Shown here piece after piece: positions 38,046 through 47,013 of a stretch of 55,056 nt of DNA. The stretch lies in the UHGV virus genome UHGV-0290768, one strand, 5' to 3'. The notes beneath the pieces were generated by a model. That model was not told the DNA's origin and searched no databases. It saw only the letters and a program-made list of their open reading frames with translations. Position 1 is the first letter of the stretch. Each line of letters begins with the position of its first letter. The DNA comes from a virus. The position numbers and the translations under genes are program-made.

Positions 38046-39194
38046 ATGAGCGTAGAAATAAAACATGTAATAGTTCATGAGCTTATTAAAGAAGCCAAAA
38101 AAGATTTTGACTTCTCTAACCCATATAACTTGAGAGAAACTCCCTTAGATAACCAAAACCCAGTTGTCATAAAGTTAATTACTGAAATCTCTTCCTTATA
38201 TGGTTCAAAGGGAAATTCAGCTCATTATGGCGTATTCAAAGAAGAAACAACAGAGCAAGGGCCTATTCCATCTAAGTTTGATGAATACACTCAAAATACT
38301 GACTGCACATCAGATTTATTCGTACCACTGTCAATTGCCATCATGAAACAATTAGTAAAAAAAGCCCAAGAGGAAATATGGTCTTCCGGTGGCTTTATTG
38401 TGTTTTGTGATTACACTATAAATGACAATCAATTTTTCTTGATCGCAATGATTAAAAAGAAAAATGGTGTCACCATAAGCACGAAATTAGAACCAGAAGA
38501 AATGATTCATCTTGATTTATCAAAAATCCATCAAGCAGCCAGAATCAATTTCGACTTATTTGAAAAATTTAAGCATGCAAGTGAAAGTGAAAAAATCGAT
38601 AGCAGCTACTTAAGTTTTGTTAGTAAAGGAGTTGGTCAATCAGCCTCTGCATACTTCATCGCGGCAATAGGTTGTGATAAATCCCTTGCAGCAACCAAAG
38701 CGACTAAAAAACTCCCTTCCGAGGTTAAGAAATTCTTTACAAGCAAACCTGAATTAAAAGAACACGCAACTAAATTTAGACATGAGATAGTTTCTTACCT
38801 CGATAAGCAAGCATCAAATGATGTGTCAGCAAGGTTAAGTGATATCGAAACAATTGCATTATCACATATGACTTACCTTAATGATGAAATACGAGAGAGC
38901 TATGTTAAGGAGTTAATGGCTCATTTAAACAGCGAAGACATAAGAATTCCCACTGAATTTGTTGTTAGTAAGCGTGCACTTAAAGAGGTGAAAAATCTTA
39001 CTTACAAAGGTGATGATATTGGTTTCAGTTTTGAAAAGGCACTTCTTGGCGAGACAGCTGACTATGATGTTTGGTACGATGAAGAAAGTGGGCGGCTTTC
39101 ATTTACTAATCTACCTTCAGAAATGAAGGTAGCACTAAGCCAAGCAGTCCGAGAAAATGCAAAGTTACGGGAGTCTACAAGCACAAATGGCTAA
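38046..39194 (+). CDS. NdpA/YejK-like (NA37 family) nucleoid-associated protein homologue, gene 1 of an AT-rich two-gene cassette
   Basis: Matches to E. coli YejK recalled from memory: IVHELIK vs ALHQLIK; GGFIVFCDY vs GGFVLFCHY; SSYLSFVSKGVGQSASAYF vs [20 protein letters not shown]; C-terminal EKALLGETADYDVWYDEESGRLSF vs [20 protein letters not shown]. Much lower GC than the flanking phage genes. Confidence 0.55.
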   Translation: MSVEIKHVIVHELIKEAKKDFDFSNPYNLRETPLDNQNPVVIKLITEISSLYGSKGNSAHYGVFKEETTEQGPIPSKFDEYTQNTDCTSDLFVPLSIAIMKQLVKKAQEEIWSSGGFIVFCDYTINDNQFFLIAMIKKKNGVTISTKLEPEEMIHLDLSKIHQAARINFDLFEKFKHASESEKIDSSYLSFVSKGVGQSASAYFIAAIGCDKSLAATKATKKLPSEVKKFFTSKPELKEHATKFRHEIVSYLDKQASNDVSARLSDIETIALSHMTYLNDEIRESYVKELMAHLNSEDIRIPTEFVVSKRALKEVKNLTYKGDDIGFSFEKALLGETADYDVWYDEESGRLSFTNLPSEMKVALSQAVRENAKLRESTSTNG

Positions 39195-40407
39195 CTTTTC
39201 AACAGTTGTAGAGCTGTATCGAGCATCATCGAAACCGCGTTTCGATGGTCGTTCGTTCTCTGCAACTGTTGTTTTGGATGATGCTTTAACATGTATTATA
39301 AAATCATTATTAAATGCCAACAAAAGCAATGGCTATTTCGAAGACATCGAAATTGATGATGAATTATTTGATGAAGATAATACCGAAGACATCCAGAACC
39401 ACATAGGAAAAAAAGTTGCCTACACTTTTATTACACCTAGAAACGGTGCAGAACGTTTCTATAGTTCCCTTGAAGACTTCCTCTCTATAAACACACTAAA
39501 GAAAGGTGTTTTACCTAATAGTTATTATATTACAGACAGCGATTTTTATTCGTTAGATGATGATAAGCCGTCTGGCATTAATAAAATAGAAAAAATATGT
39601 TCCATTATTACGTTGCTATCTGAAATAGCTCATTATCATGATACAAAGTCAGAATCATCAAATTACCGTCTAGTTTTTGTAAAAAACTCAGACTCTAAAT
39701 CGACATCTGTTGTTTTAGAAACTTGCATTACAGACAAGATGCTACAAACTGATGGCATAAATGATGATGTATTAAAAACACTGCTATCTCCAGAAGACTC
39801 TGCGTCCCCCCACCACTTAGAAAAAATTGGTATTTTCCGCAATACTATTGTTGAACACACGATAGAAAACAATTTAAATTTCGAGATGTTAATTTGTAAC
39901 TGGCCTTTGTTTCTAAAATTATACAACAACAATCTGTCAACTTACATGAGTGGTTTTTCATTCCATAAGGCCAGGAAGGATGTAGCTACTGCCGAGGCTG
40001 AGTTTGCCGAAAAAATATCAAAAATAATCACTGAACTTACAGGTAAGATTTTATCTATTCCTGTTTCTCTTCTAGCATCGGTAGGAATTATTAAGCTCAA
40101 TTCCATATCGGAGATGAGCCTCGTTTTAGCAGGGGTCGTTCTAACTTCTTTTTTGTTACATATGGTATTAGTGAATCAGGAAAAACAACTCAATATAGTA
40201 ACTCATGCTAAAGATCTGGCTTTTAAATCCTTTATAAAAAACAGCACGAGTTATCCTAAAGAATTGAATGATGATATACAGGTAGCCATAAAAGAATTAA
40301 TTAAAAACCAAGCGAAATGTCAAATGACAATTCGCTTGTTTATGTGTTTAACTTGGCTACCGAGCTCTATTGCCTCTGCAATATTCCTTTCTAGATTTTT
40401 TATTTAA
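39157..40407 (+). CDS. Partner protein with C-terminal transmembrane helices, gene 2 of the cassette
   Basis: ORF overlapping gene 1. An alternative start at 39187 (ATGGCTAA) overlaps the gene-1 stop, which suggests translational coupling. Soluble Asp/Glu-rich N-terminal domain. Two TM helices at ~aa 300-345 and a final hydrophobic helix at the C-terminus. AT-rich. Confidence 0.6.
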   Translation: MQSYGSLQAQMANFSTVVELYRASSKPRFDGRSFSATVVLDDALTCIIKSLLNANKSNGYFEDIEIDDELFDEDNTEDIQNHIGKKVAYTFITPRNGAERFYSSLEDFLSINTLKKGVLPNSYYITDSDFYSLDDDKPSGINKIEKICSIITLLSEIAHYHDTKSESSNYRLVFVKNSDSKSTSVVLETCITDKMLQTDGINDDVLKTLLSPEDSASPHHLEKIGIFRNTIVEHTIENNLNFEMLICNWPLFLKLYNNNLSTYMSGFSFHKARKDVATAEAEFAEKISKIITELTGKILSIPVSLLASVGIIKLNSISEMSLVLAGVVLTSFLLHMVLVNQEKQLNIVTHAKDLAFKSFIKNSTSYPKELNDDIQVAIKELIKNQAKCQMTIRLFMCLTWLPSSIASAIFLSRFFI

Positions 40408-40409
40408 AT

Positions 40410-40757
40410 TCAATAAGTTAGAATACTGATGACTCCCTCAATAAATCCCATTGCAGACTGCAAATCCTTCCTTATGGTCCCATCAGAACACTTCCGCTTC
40501 TTCGCGATGGTTCTTAATGAGATGCCAATAACAAAATGAGCAATAATTAGCTCATATTCTTCAGGTTTATACTTACGCAATCGCGCCACACACCCATCAA
40601 TCATGATCCCTTCATCATCATCGCATTGCTGGCGTGTTTTCTTTCCATGAGGTAGCAAACCTTTAAACCCAGCTGCAATGGGTTGCCAGTCAACACCACT
40701 ATTGTCAGATGCCGCCCAAGCTCCCCAACGGTCCATTATTTCGTACATATCTCTCAT
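40410..40757 (-). CDS. Q: Late-gene antiterminator, Q-like (Phage_antitermQ family)
   Basis: MRDMYEIMDRWGAWAA...IAAGFKGL...CDDDEGIMIDGCVARL... matches short Q-like antiterminators of Qin/DLP12-type prophages. Confidence 0.75.
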   Translation of the reverse strand: MRDMYEIMDRWGAWAASDNSGVDWQPIAAGFKGLLPHGKKTRQQCDDDEGIMIDGCVARLRKYKPEEYELIIAHFVIGISLRTIAKKRKCSDGTIRKDLQSAMGFIEGVISILTY

Positions 40758-40769
40758 TTTTAAAGCTCC

Positions 40770-41813
40770 TCAGGAAAGAACGCCGAGCGAGTATGCCCGG
40801 TCCAGCAATTTAATGATCAATACCGGCTGGGTGCCGTATTCACGCTCAAAAGCGGCAGGGTCATGGTGCAAAGCACGGTGGTGCTTGCGGCATAATGGGA
40901 TCGTAAAAACATCGTGGGCCTTGGTGCCTACGCCGCCCTGCCCCCAGCCAATAAGATGGTGTGCATCATCTGCAGGCTGCCCGCAGCACATACACGGCTG
41001 TTTTTTAACCCATGAGATAAAGTCCGCTGATAACCATCGGCTCCGCTTAGGTCTCGCGAATAGTGTCGCCGGTGCAACAGGATCGACGTTCACAGGAACC
41101 AGAGGTTTGCCCGGCGTTGTTATTGCCGTTGGCTTGATTGCTTTTTCGAGACGGGGAGAAAGAATGCGGGTGGCCGGTACCGACGGAACGATCTCACTCT
41201 CCCTGTAAACAGATTTAATGCCATCGTCTTTAATACGCAGGGATCGGCGCGCCATTTCTTCTGTAATTTCATCGCCAATCCCGGCGCCTACCGCCCACCA
41301 GCATAGCTCCGCCAGTGACAATGATCGCTGCGCGTCCAGACCAAGCGCGATGCGGGCAGTGTCGATTACCCAGTCAGCGTTATTAACACCTAACAGTTGA
41401 TCGAGGGTTTGTTCCGTTTGGTTTTTCAGCTCATTATCACAGTGCCAGCATGCGATTATTACACCCGTCGAATGGCGAAACGGGACGAGCTCATGGTGAT
41501 GGTAATCGGAATGTGTCCACTGACAGTTTTTAACCTGCCTACGCAACCATGACTCGAGGGCACTAACCCCACCAGCTGCAGTGATAACTGCCTTCTTCAT
41601 GAAAAAAGGTCTGATCTCCATATCATCCCGCAACGGCTGCCGGGCATCAGGAAGACGTCCACTGGGTATCTTTTTCATGCTTGCCGGCGGCATTTCAACA
41701 AGAACTCGGCCGGCACCGAATAACGGCATTAATTCACTACCCGGCTTAAGCAGCACAATTCCAAGATGGCGTGCAATATCCACGTTAAGCAAAGCTCGCA
41801 TCAGTCCCTCCAC
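40770..41813 (-). CDS. DUF968-family prophage protein (YdfU-like) with a C-terminal Cys/His HNH-like motif
   Basis: 347 aa. C-terminal CMCCGQPADDAHHLIGWGQGG...CRKHHRALHHD. Typical position upstream of Q. Confidence 0.6.
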   Translation of the reverse strand: MEGLMRALLNVDIARHLGIVLLKPGSELMPLFGAGRVLVEMPPASMKKIPSGRLPDARQPLRDDMEIRPFFMKKAVITAAGGVSALESWLRRQVKNCQWTHSDYHHHELVPFRHSTGVIIACWHCDNELKNQTEQTLDQLLGVNNADWVIDTARIALGLDAQRSLSLAELCWWAVGAGIGDEITEEMARRSLRIKDDGIKSVYRESEIVPSVPATRILSPRLEKAIKPTAITTPGKPLVPVNVDPVAPATLFARPKRSRWLSADFISWVKKQPCMCCGQPADDAHHLIGWGQGGVGTKAHDVFTIPLCRKHHRALHHDPAAFEREYGTQPVLIIKLLDRAYSLGVLS

Positions 41814-42004
41814 ATCTTCTGTATGTAGGTCCTGTCAATCCGTGGCGGCTTCTTCGATTCCGGCAACAACACGCGGATCTCCCACGATGCAAAGTCTCTG
41901 GATAAGCTCTTCTCAACCACACAGTTATTTTTACGGTATCGCTCCACCAGCTCTGTAGCCTCAGTCTCTGAAAGCTGCTCGTGTAAAAACCAACTTTTCT
42001 TCAT
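41801..42004 (-). CDS. Hypothetical small protein
   Basis: 67-aa ORF tightly packed between neighbouring genes. Confidence 0.35.
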   Translation of the reverse strand: MKKSWFLHEQLSETEATELVERYRKNNCVVEKSLSRDFASWEIRVLLPESKKPPRIDRTYIQKMWRD

Positions 42005-42393
42005 GGCTGATCACCGAACAGTCGCAAAAACTCAATCGCTCTTTCCCGCGCTCCGGGTTCTTCAGCGATCATTTCCTGCAGCAGCTGCACGGCGAGCATA
42101 GGCTCCTTTCGCCCGACGATGGAAATTCCTCTGGAGACACGGCGAGAGAGTTTTATAAAATTTTTTCTCTCTAACGCACGCAGATGCAACAGGACCGCAT
42201 TAGACGAGCTAACGCCGAGCATATCGGCCAGCTCAGATAGCGTAGGTGGGTAGCTATGCTGATTGATGTAGGCCACCAGCAGATCGAAAACTTCCTGCTG
42301 TCGAAAAGTTAGTTTTGAAGACGATAGCAAACCGGCGCTCGATGAAGGAGCACCAGTCTGATGGGATTTTGATACTTCGGGGGTTTGCGTCAT
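42001..42393 (-). CDS. Protein carrying only a LexA-like N-terminal winged-helix DNA-binding domain (no S24 peptidase domain)
   Basis: From MTQTPEV...; LTFRQQEVFDLLVAYINQHSYPPTLSELADMLGVSSSNAVLLHLRALERKNFIKL resembles the LexA DNA-binding domain. The track ORF extends to 42498. Confidence 0.5.
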   Translation of the reverse strand: MTQTPEVSKSHQTGAPSSSAGLLSSSKLTFRQQEVFDLLVAYINQHSYPPTLSELADMLGVSSSNAVLLHLRALERKNFIKLSRRVSRGISIVGRKEPMLAVQLLQEMIAEEPGARERAIEFLRLFGDQP

Positions 42394-42433
42394 GGTTTCT
42401 CTCCGCGACGCAGCAGGTATAGGTTGTTCGGGC

Positions 42434-42673
42434 CTATGAGGGGATTGTAACAGAACCAGGGGGAACCTGGTAACCAACTCCAGACTTAGCCTTTTCAATC
42501 ATCTGTGAAAAAAGAGAGAGAGTCCCCACGATCTCATCCGGCTGCAAAGGCATAAACGAAACAGTGTCGCCGCGCCGGTACATCAGAGCGCGCTCACACA
42601 CAGGAAAGGATGTCAGACGAGCAACGATCACCCCATCGTCGCATCTGATAATTGCATAGCCGGTGTTCGGCAT
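42434..42673 (-). CDS. Hypothetical small protein in the SOS-regulated module
   Basis: ORF between the dinI-like and LexA-DBD genes. Start uncertain (42673 or 42724). Confidence 0.3.
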   Translation of the reverse strand: MPNTGYAIIRCDDGVIVARLTSFPVCERALMYRRGDTVSFMPLQPDEIVGTLSLFSQMIEKAKSGVGYQVPPGSVTIPS

Positions 42674-42735
42674 TTCTTGTTTTTTACTCACAGCAAAATC
42701 CTCAAAATAAACCAGGCAAGCCACTGGACCTCAAT

Positions 42736-42969
42736 TTAACAGAACCAGTCATCAGCGCTTTCCCAGGTGTCCTGCAGGATTTCCTCTACACGTTTTTTAT
42801 CTCCGTCCATTCCACCAAGCACGGTCAACCCATCAGAGCTGGCCCGACGAATCACAAGACTGCAGTTATTAAAGTTTTGATCCAATCGCCGCAGTAGCTC
42901 CTTCTCAAGAGCAGGCACAGCGCCATCCGGCAATTTTTTTTGGCGATCAATTGTGATTTCCACTTTCAT
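42736..42969 (-). CDS. dinI: DinI-family DNA damage-inducible protein
   Basis: MKVEITIDRQKKLPDGAVPALEKELLRRL...KKRVEEILQDTWESADDWF closely parallels E. coli DinI. Confidence 0.8.
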   Translation of the reverse strand: MKVEITIDRQKKLPDGAVPALEKELLRRLDQNFNNCSLVIRRASSDGLTVLGGMDGDKKRVEEILQDTWESADDWFC

Positions 42970-42988
42970 AACTAGCTCCTCACGCAAA

Positions 42989-43008
42989 TACTGTATAAAT
43001 AAACAGTA
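42989..43008. promoter_or_regulatory. LexA (SOS) box upstream of the dinI-like gene
   Basis: TACTGTATAAATAAACAGTA is a perfect CTGT-N8-ACAG with the consensus flanks, 20-40 bp upstream of the DinI-like start. Confidence 0.75.
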
Positions 43009-43998
43009 TACTCGTTAGGTGAAATGTTCAAGCGTTTAATGCCACTTTTCGCTAACCCATACTCATGTTTAGATTGATCTTTTCTCCACAAAGGACGAAA
43101 TCCGCTATCACAGGGATACAGTCATTTTTGTGATGATCAACACCGTTGATAAGAAACGTTGCTACTTCTGGCGCTCCAGATTCCGCTCTTGGCACAGAGC
43201 GGACAATCTGAATGGGATGAAGGTCTGCTTCGAGCGAGGAGCGGTCGATTTTTCATGCCCCTTCGCAGCAGATAATTGCCATTTGCTTCAGCTTACTTCT
43301 GACGTAGTTGTTACGAATGTAACGTAATGAGAATGTGAAGTATCCCTGTGCTACATGAGTCCAAAAAAAGTTTCAATGTAAACAGTTAGAAACTTATAGC
43401 CACGTATAATCTGATGTGTAAGGACTTATTCAGGGCTCAAAAACGCATTCAGGCCCTCCACAAACTGCAACCCTGAGTAGCGGCCAAACCCCTGCAATAC
43501 AGAAGCCATTACACCTGAATTGGCTTCGGAAAATAAATAGCAACCTCGTTCGGAGGTCTTCCACTATAGAGTGAAATCTCAGAAGCATCCAAGAAAAGTA
43601 ATATTGATAACCGCATTGCGCCAATACCCATAACAACATAATGATTCCACAACAACAATCCAAACACCTTAATAATATGAAACCACTTCTCTATGCCTAT
43701 CAGAGAAAGTTATCTTAAAACTTCACGCTTGACTAGGTTTGAGTTAAGCATTTAAGCAAGAATAGACCTATTACAACAATATACAGCCTCCGAAAGAAAG
43801 GATTTCCTTGATATGGGAGAGCGTGATAAGGGGGTCAGCACAAATGTGATTGATGGTAGAAAATCCAGGTCGAATATAAATGCAATGATAAAAGTTGATA
43901 ATCTCAGCACTTGAATTATGTTATAGTTAATTTAAGTACTGAGTTCCCGAAATCATAACGATAAATAAAAAGCTGACAAAATTGTCATCCAAGAGGCA

Positions 43999-46218
43999 TC
44001 AAATAACTATTTTATCCTTTATACTCTCCCAACTTTCTTCATTTATATTATATTGCTCTGATTTTAAAGTGTCCGATAAGCTTGAAACCAAAGCAGTTAC
44101 CCTACCAGGCTCGTAATCTGCCCACTCCTTGACTTTATGTAAAACAGCATGAAAAACGTCCTCTTTCAAGCGGTGGCCAAACTGGATTCCTAAATTATTT
44201 GGAAATAAATTTCCGTATGTCTTTCGAACTTGTTCAGCAGAAGGTGAGAGTGAAAGAAAATTCAGGAGAAACTCTGGTCGCATTATGTACTTAGATGAAT
44301 TTTTACGTACAAGTTCTGATGTATGCTTCTGAATTCTTGTCTGGTTTGTCAACCACCAGGTTCCATATCCGAATGGACTTCCATTATTTGATTCATTATT
44401 TTTAAGTCTTAATCCATATATGCCATGAACAAGAAGTGCACTATTCTGTGCTAAAACATCATGTTTCTTTTCTTCATTTTCGAGCAATGTTTCAGCGAGT
44501 TCCTTAACTTCACTTGTCTTAGAGAAAGATGCCAACTCTTCATTTTCAATGAACTTCAAATTATACTCTGAAATTAGGTATCTCTTTAATTCCTCTCGAC
44601 CTAAATTATTACTAATCGCGTCGTAACTTACAAATTGGTTTATGAAGCCTTCCCAGGATCGAATGAGACCTGCTTCCTTAGCATAAAAATAAGCTCTTAT
44701 GAGAATCTTGGAACTGTTTCTGGCTATTTCCTTATTAATATGCGGTTCAATACTTCTAAAGTGGTTATTAAATTCATAGTTAGTATTTCTTATATGTGTA
44801 TAAACCTCCTCTAAAACAGCTGTAGCCATCCTCAACTTCACGCCACTTATGGCAGCCGACTGCAATAGATTTTTGCACTGTTGATCCTCTTTACTCAAAT
44901 ATCTCTCTGATAAAGCCTTTACTATAATATCTGAACCTAAAAATAGCGTAAACTTACTGCACATTGAGCTAAAGTAATCTACAATTCTTGGGTCAGCCTT
45001 CAAGGTGAATAGTAAAACAAACGTTTTAGACAATTGTAATAAGTATTGTCTTTGGATCTCAGTGCTATGATAAAAGACAGAATTCAGTATTTTTTCAATG
45101 TAATTCCTGTAATCAGGAATATCATTAGGTTTAATACTTGATGAGTTTAAAATATCCTCAATACAGTCACTAATCACAAGCTCCTTCTCATTTATCGAAC
45201 CGTCAGAATCAGAAATAAAGGAGGCCAACATCAATCCTTGCCTTTCGAAAACACGTTGAATAATGTTTTTTGTTAAGTCAGCTATGATCTGGCAGCGCTT
45301 ATGCCCTAATGAAAACATAGTGCTACACTGATCTTGTATCTCTCTAAGAAAATTTAATGCCAATAATTCATCTGCTGAATTTTCGAGTTTGATAGACTCT
45401 CTTGTTTGAAACGGTAAACAATACTTTTTGTCATTCTTATACCATCTAATCTCTCTATTTGCTACACTTTTTGATTTCAGTGCATCAAGTCGAGATGACA
45501 GATTTCCATTCAAAAAATAACTGGACCACGGAAACTTCTCAATTATACCATCTCTTATTTCATCCTTAGTCATAAATATACCCTTATCAGGATCGGTATC
45601 ACGTAGAGCCCATAATATTAAAGTATCCGTGATTGAATGGATAAGCTTAATATTACCCTTCCTGTTTGATATTTCATGTTGGAGGAAAACAAAAATAGAT
45701 GGATCTTTTACGAAATCAGACACCCCCAAACTAGTCGAGGCACCTACTCTAGATAAATACTCCGTTTTACTTGCCAAGTGCTGATAATATGAGGATTTTG
45801 TCGCTTGATTATCGTTAATATGGAAATAAAGGTACTTAGCATCTCTTATCCTAACAAGAACACCCAACTCTTCAGATAAAATATCTTCCTCTTTATCTAA
45901 ATGAGGAATAGTCTTAGATGTAACGTAGTAAATCACTCTAGGGTTCCTACTAAACTCCCTCAATCTCTTAACAGTTTGTTTTATTTTTGCTTTGTAATCT
46001 GCTTGAATTGTCATTTGATAGAATATATTGGTTGATTCAGTTTGATACATTTCCTTGTCTAGGGCACCATCAGCCCCTCCATCATGAACCCCGCCCATAG
46101 GGATAAAACTCCTCCCATCTAATACTGCCATAAATGCGCAAGCAAAATTTTCAAATTCGAAACCAGAGACTTTACTAAGAGCAACTTCAAAAAGGTCATT
46201 GCTTACATAATTATCCAT
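43999..46218 (-). CDS. Large AT-rich protein (739 aa) with an N-terminal Mrr-like (PD-(D/E)xK restriction endonuclease-type) motif; candidate abortive-infection or defence gene
   Basis: N-terminal FEFENFACAFMAVLDG...PMGGVHDGGADGAL...IFYQMT resembles the Mrr_cat signature. No Walker A motif. GC content far below that of the phage backbone. Confidence 0.65.
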   Translation of the reverse strand: MDNYVSNDLFEVALSKVSGFEFENFACAFMAVLDGRSFIPMGGVHDGGADGALDKEMYQTESTNIFYQMTIQADYKAKIKQTVKRLREFSRNPRVIYYVTSKTIPHLDKEEDILSEELGVLVRIRDAKYLYFHINDNQATKSSYYQHLASKTEYLSRVGASTSLGVSDFVKDPSIFVFLQHEISNRKGNIKLIHSITDTLILWALRDTDPDKGIFMTKDEIRDGIIEKFPWSSYFLNGNLSSRLDALKSKSVANREIRWYKNDKKYCLPFQTRESIKLENSADELLALNFLREIQDQCSTMFSLGHKRCQIIADLTKNIIQRVFERQGLMLASFISDSDGSINEKELVISDCIEDILNSSSIKPNDIPDYRNYIEKILNSVFYHSTEIQRQYLLQLSKTFVLLFTLKADPRIVDYFSSMCSKFTLFLGSDIIVKALSERYLSKEDQQCKNLLQSAAISGVKLRMATAVLEEVYTHIRNTNYEFNNHFRSIEPHINKEIARNSSKILIRAYFYAKEAGLIRSWEGFINQFVSYDAISNNLGREELKRYLISEYNLKFIENEELASFSKTSEVKELAETLLENEEKKHDVLAQNSALLVHGIYGLRLKNNESNNGSPFGYGTWWLTNQTRIQKHTSELVRKNSSKYIMRPEFLLNFLSLSPSAEQVRKTYGNLFPNNLGIQFGHRLKEDVFHAVLHKVKEWADYEPGRVTALVSSLSDTLKSEQYNINEESWESIKDKIVI

Positions 46219-46559
46219 TTTGTCTCCTTGATGTTTTTTTCAAATTGCTTTCATGAATTGAATTAAGTTTCTTTGGATAGAATAACTCAAAAAATGATCA
46301 AAAAAAACAAGTCTCATAAAAAATATTTTGTATTAAAATATCTAGACCGATTGTTAACCTAAGGCTGCACTTATTTATATAAACCCATGATGTAGGTAAC
46401 AAAACCTCCTCACCACACTTACCCATTATTAAACAGCATGATATCATTAAGGTCCGCTATTGGCACTCAGCGGACACCTCAGCTTTGCCTCACCCCGGAA
46501 TCATTAAATTTAGCTTTGACATCCCGTACCAGCTGCTGTTGATTCCATTTTAAGCATAA

Positions 46560-47006
46560 TCAGCACCTCGCCGCATTGCGCAGGCAGCGGTTACGCATTT
46601 TGGCAAGCAACCAGAGTTCGTTTGCTGTTGTAGCCATCCCAAGCGTCGATGTGTAAACAGTCGCAGCCCGGCGCCACAGCTTTCTGTCTTCCAGCGTCTT
46701 CGCCAGGGACAGTGCGTCCTGGACTTTTTTCACATCCTCTTCAGATAATGGTGTTGCAGTCTGCGGCAGGGCAACATCGGAAACCTCAACGCCTGCAACC
46801 ACTCGATAGACATACTGGTAGCCGTTATGGGTACGATGGAGTTTTCCCGCGGCATGGAGCTGCCGCAGCAAGTTACCTGCTGTACTGGCTTGCAAGTCGA
46901 GCGCATCGCAGACATCCTGCAGGACGCATTCTGGCGTCCGGCTAACGATGGCAAGCACCATCTGTGCTTTGGTTACTTTGGTTTTTGATTGTTTGGTCAT
47001 GGTCAA
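46560..47006 (-). CDS. Hypothetical winged-helix-like prophage protein
   Basis: 148-aa ORF downstream of the P-like gene with a possible wHTH (LQDVCDALDLQASTAGNLLRQLHAAGKL). Confidence 0.4.
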   Translation of the reverse strand: MTMTKQSKTKVTKAQMVLAIVSRTPECVLQDVCDALDLQASTAGNLLRQLHAAGKLHRTHNGYQYVYRVVAGVEVSDVALPQTATPLSEEDVKKVQDALSLAKTLEDRKLWRRAATVYTSTLGMATTANELWLLAKMRNRCLRNAARC

Positions 47007-47013
47007 AACTCGT

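Noticed and set aside
43130-43663. Short ORFs (65-77 aa) on both strands between the 739-aa gene and dinI
   Set aside because: There are no SDs and the composition is odd. They look like decayed remnants of genes displaced by the insertion.
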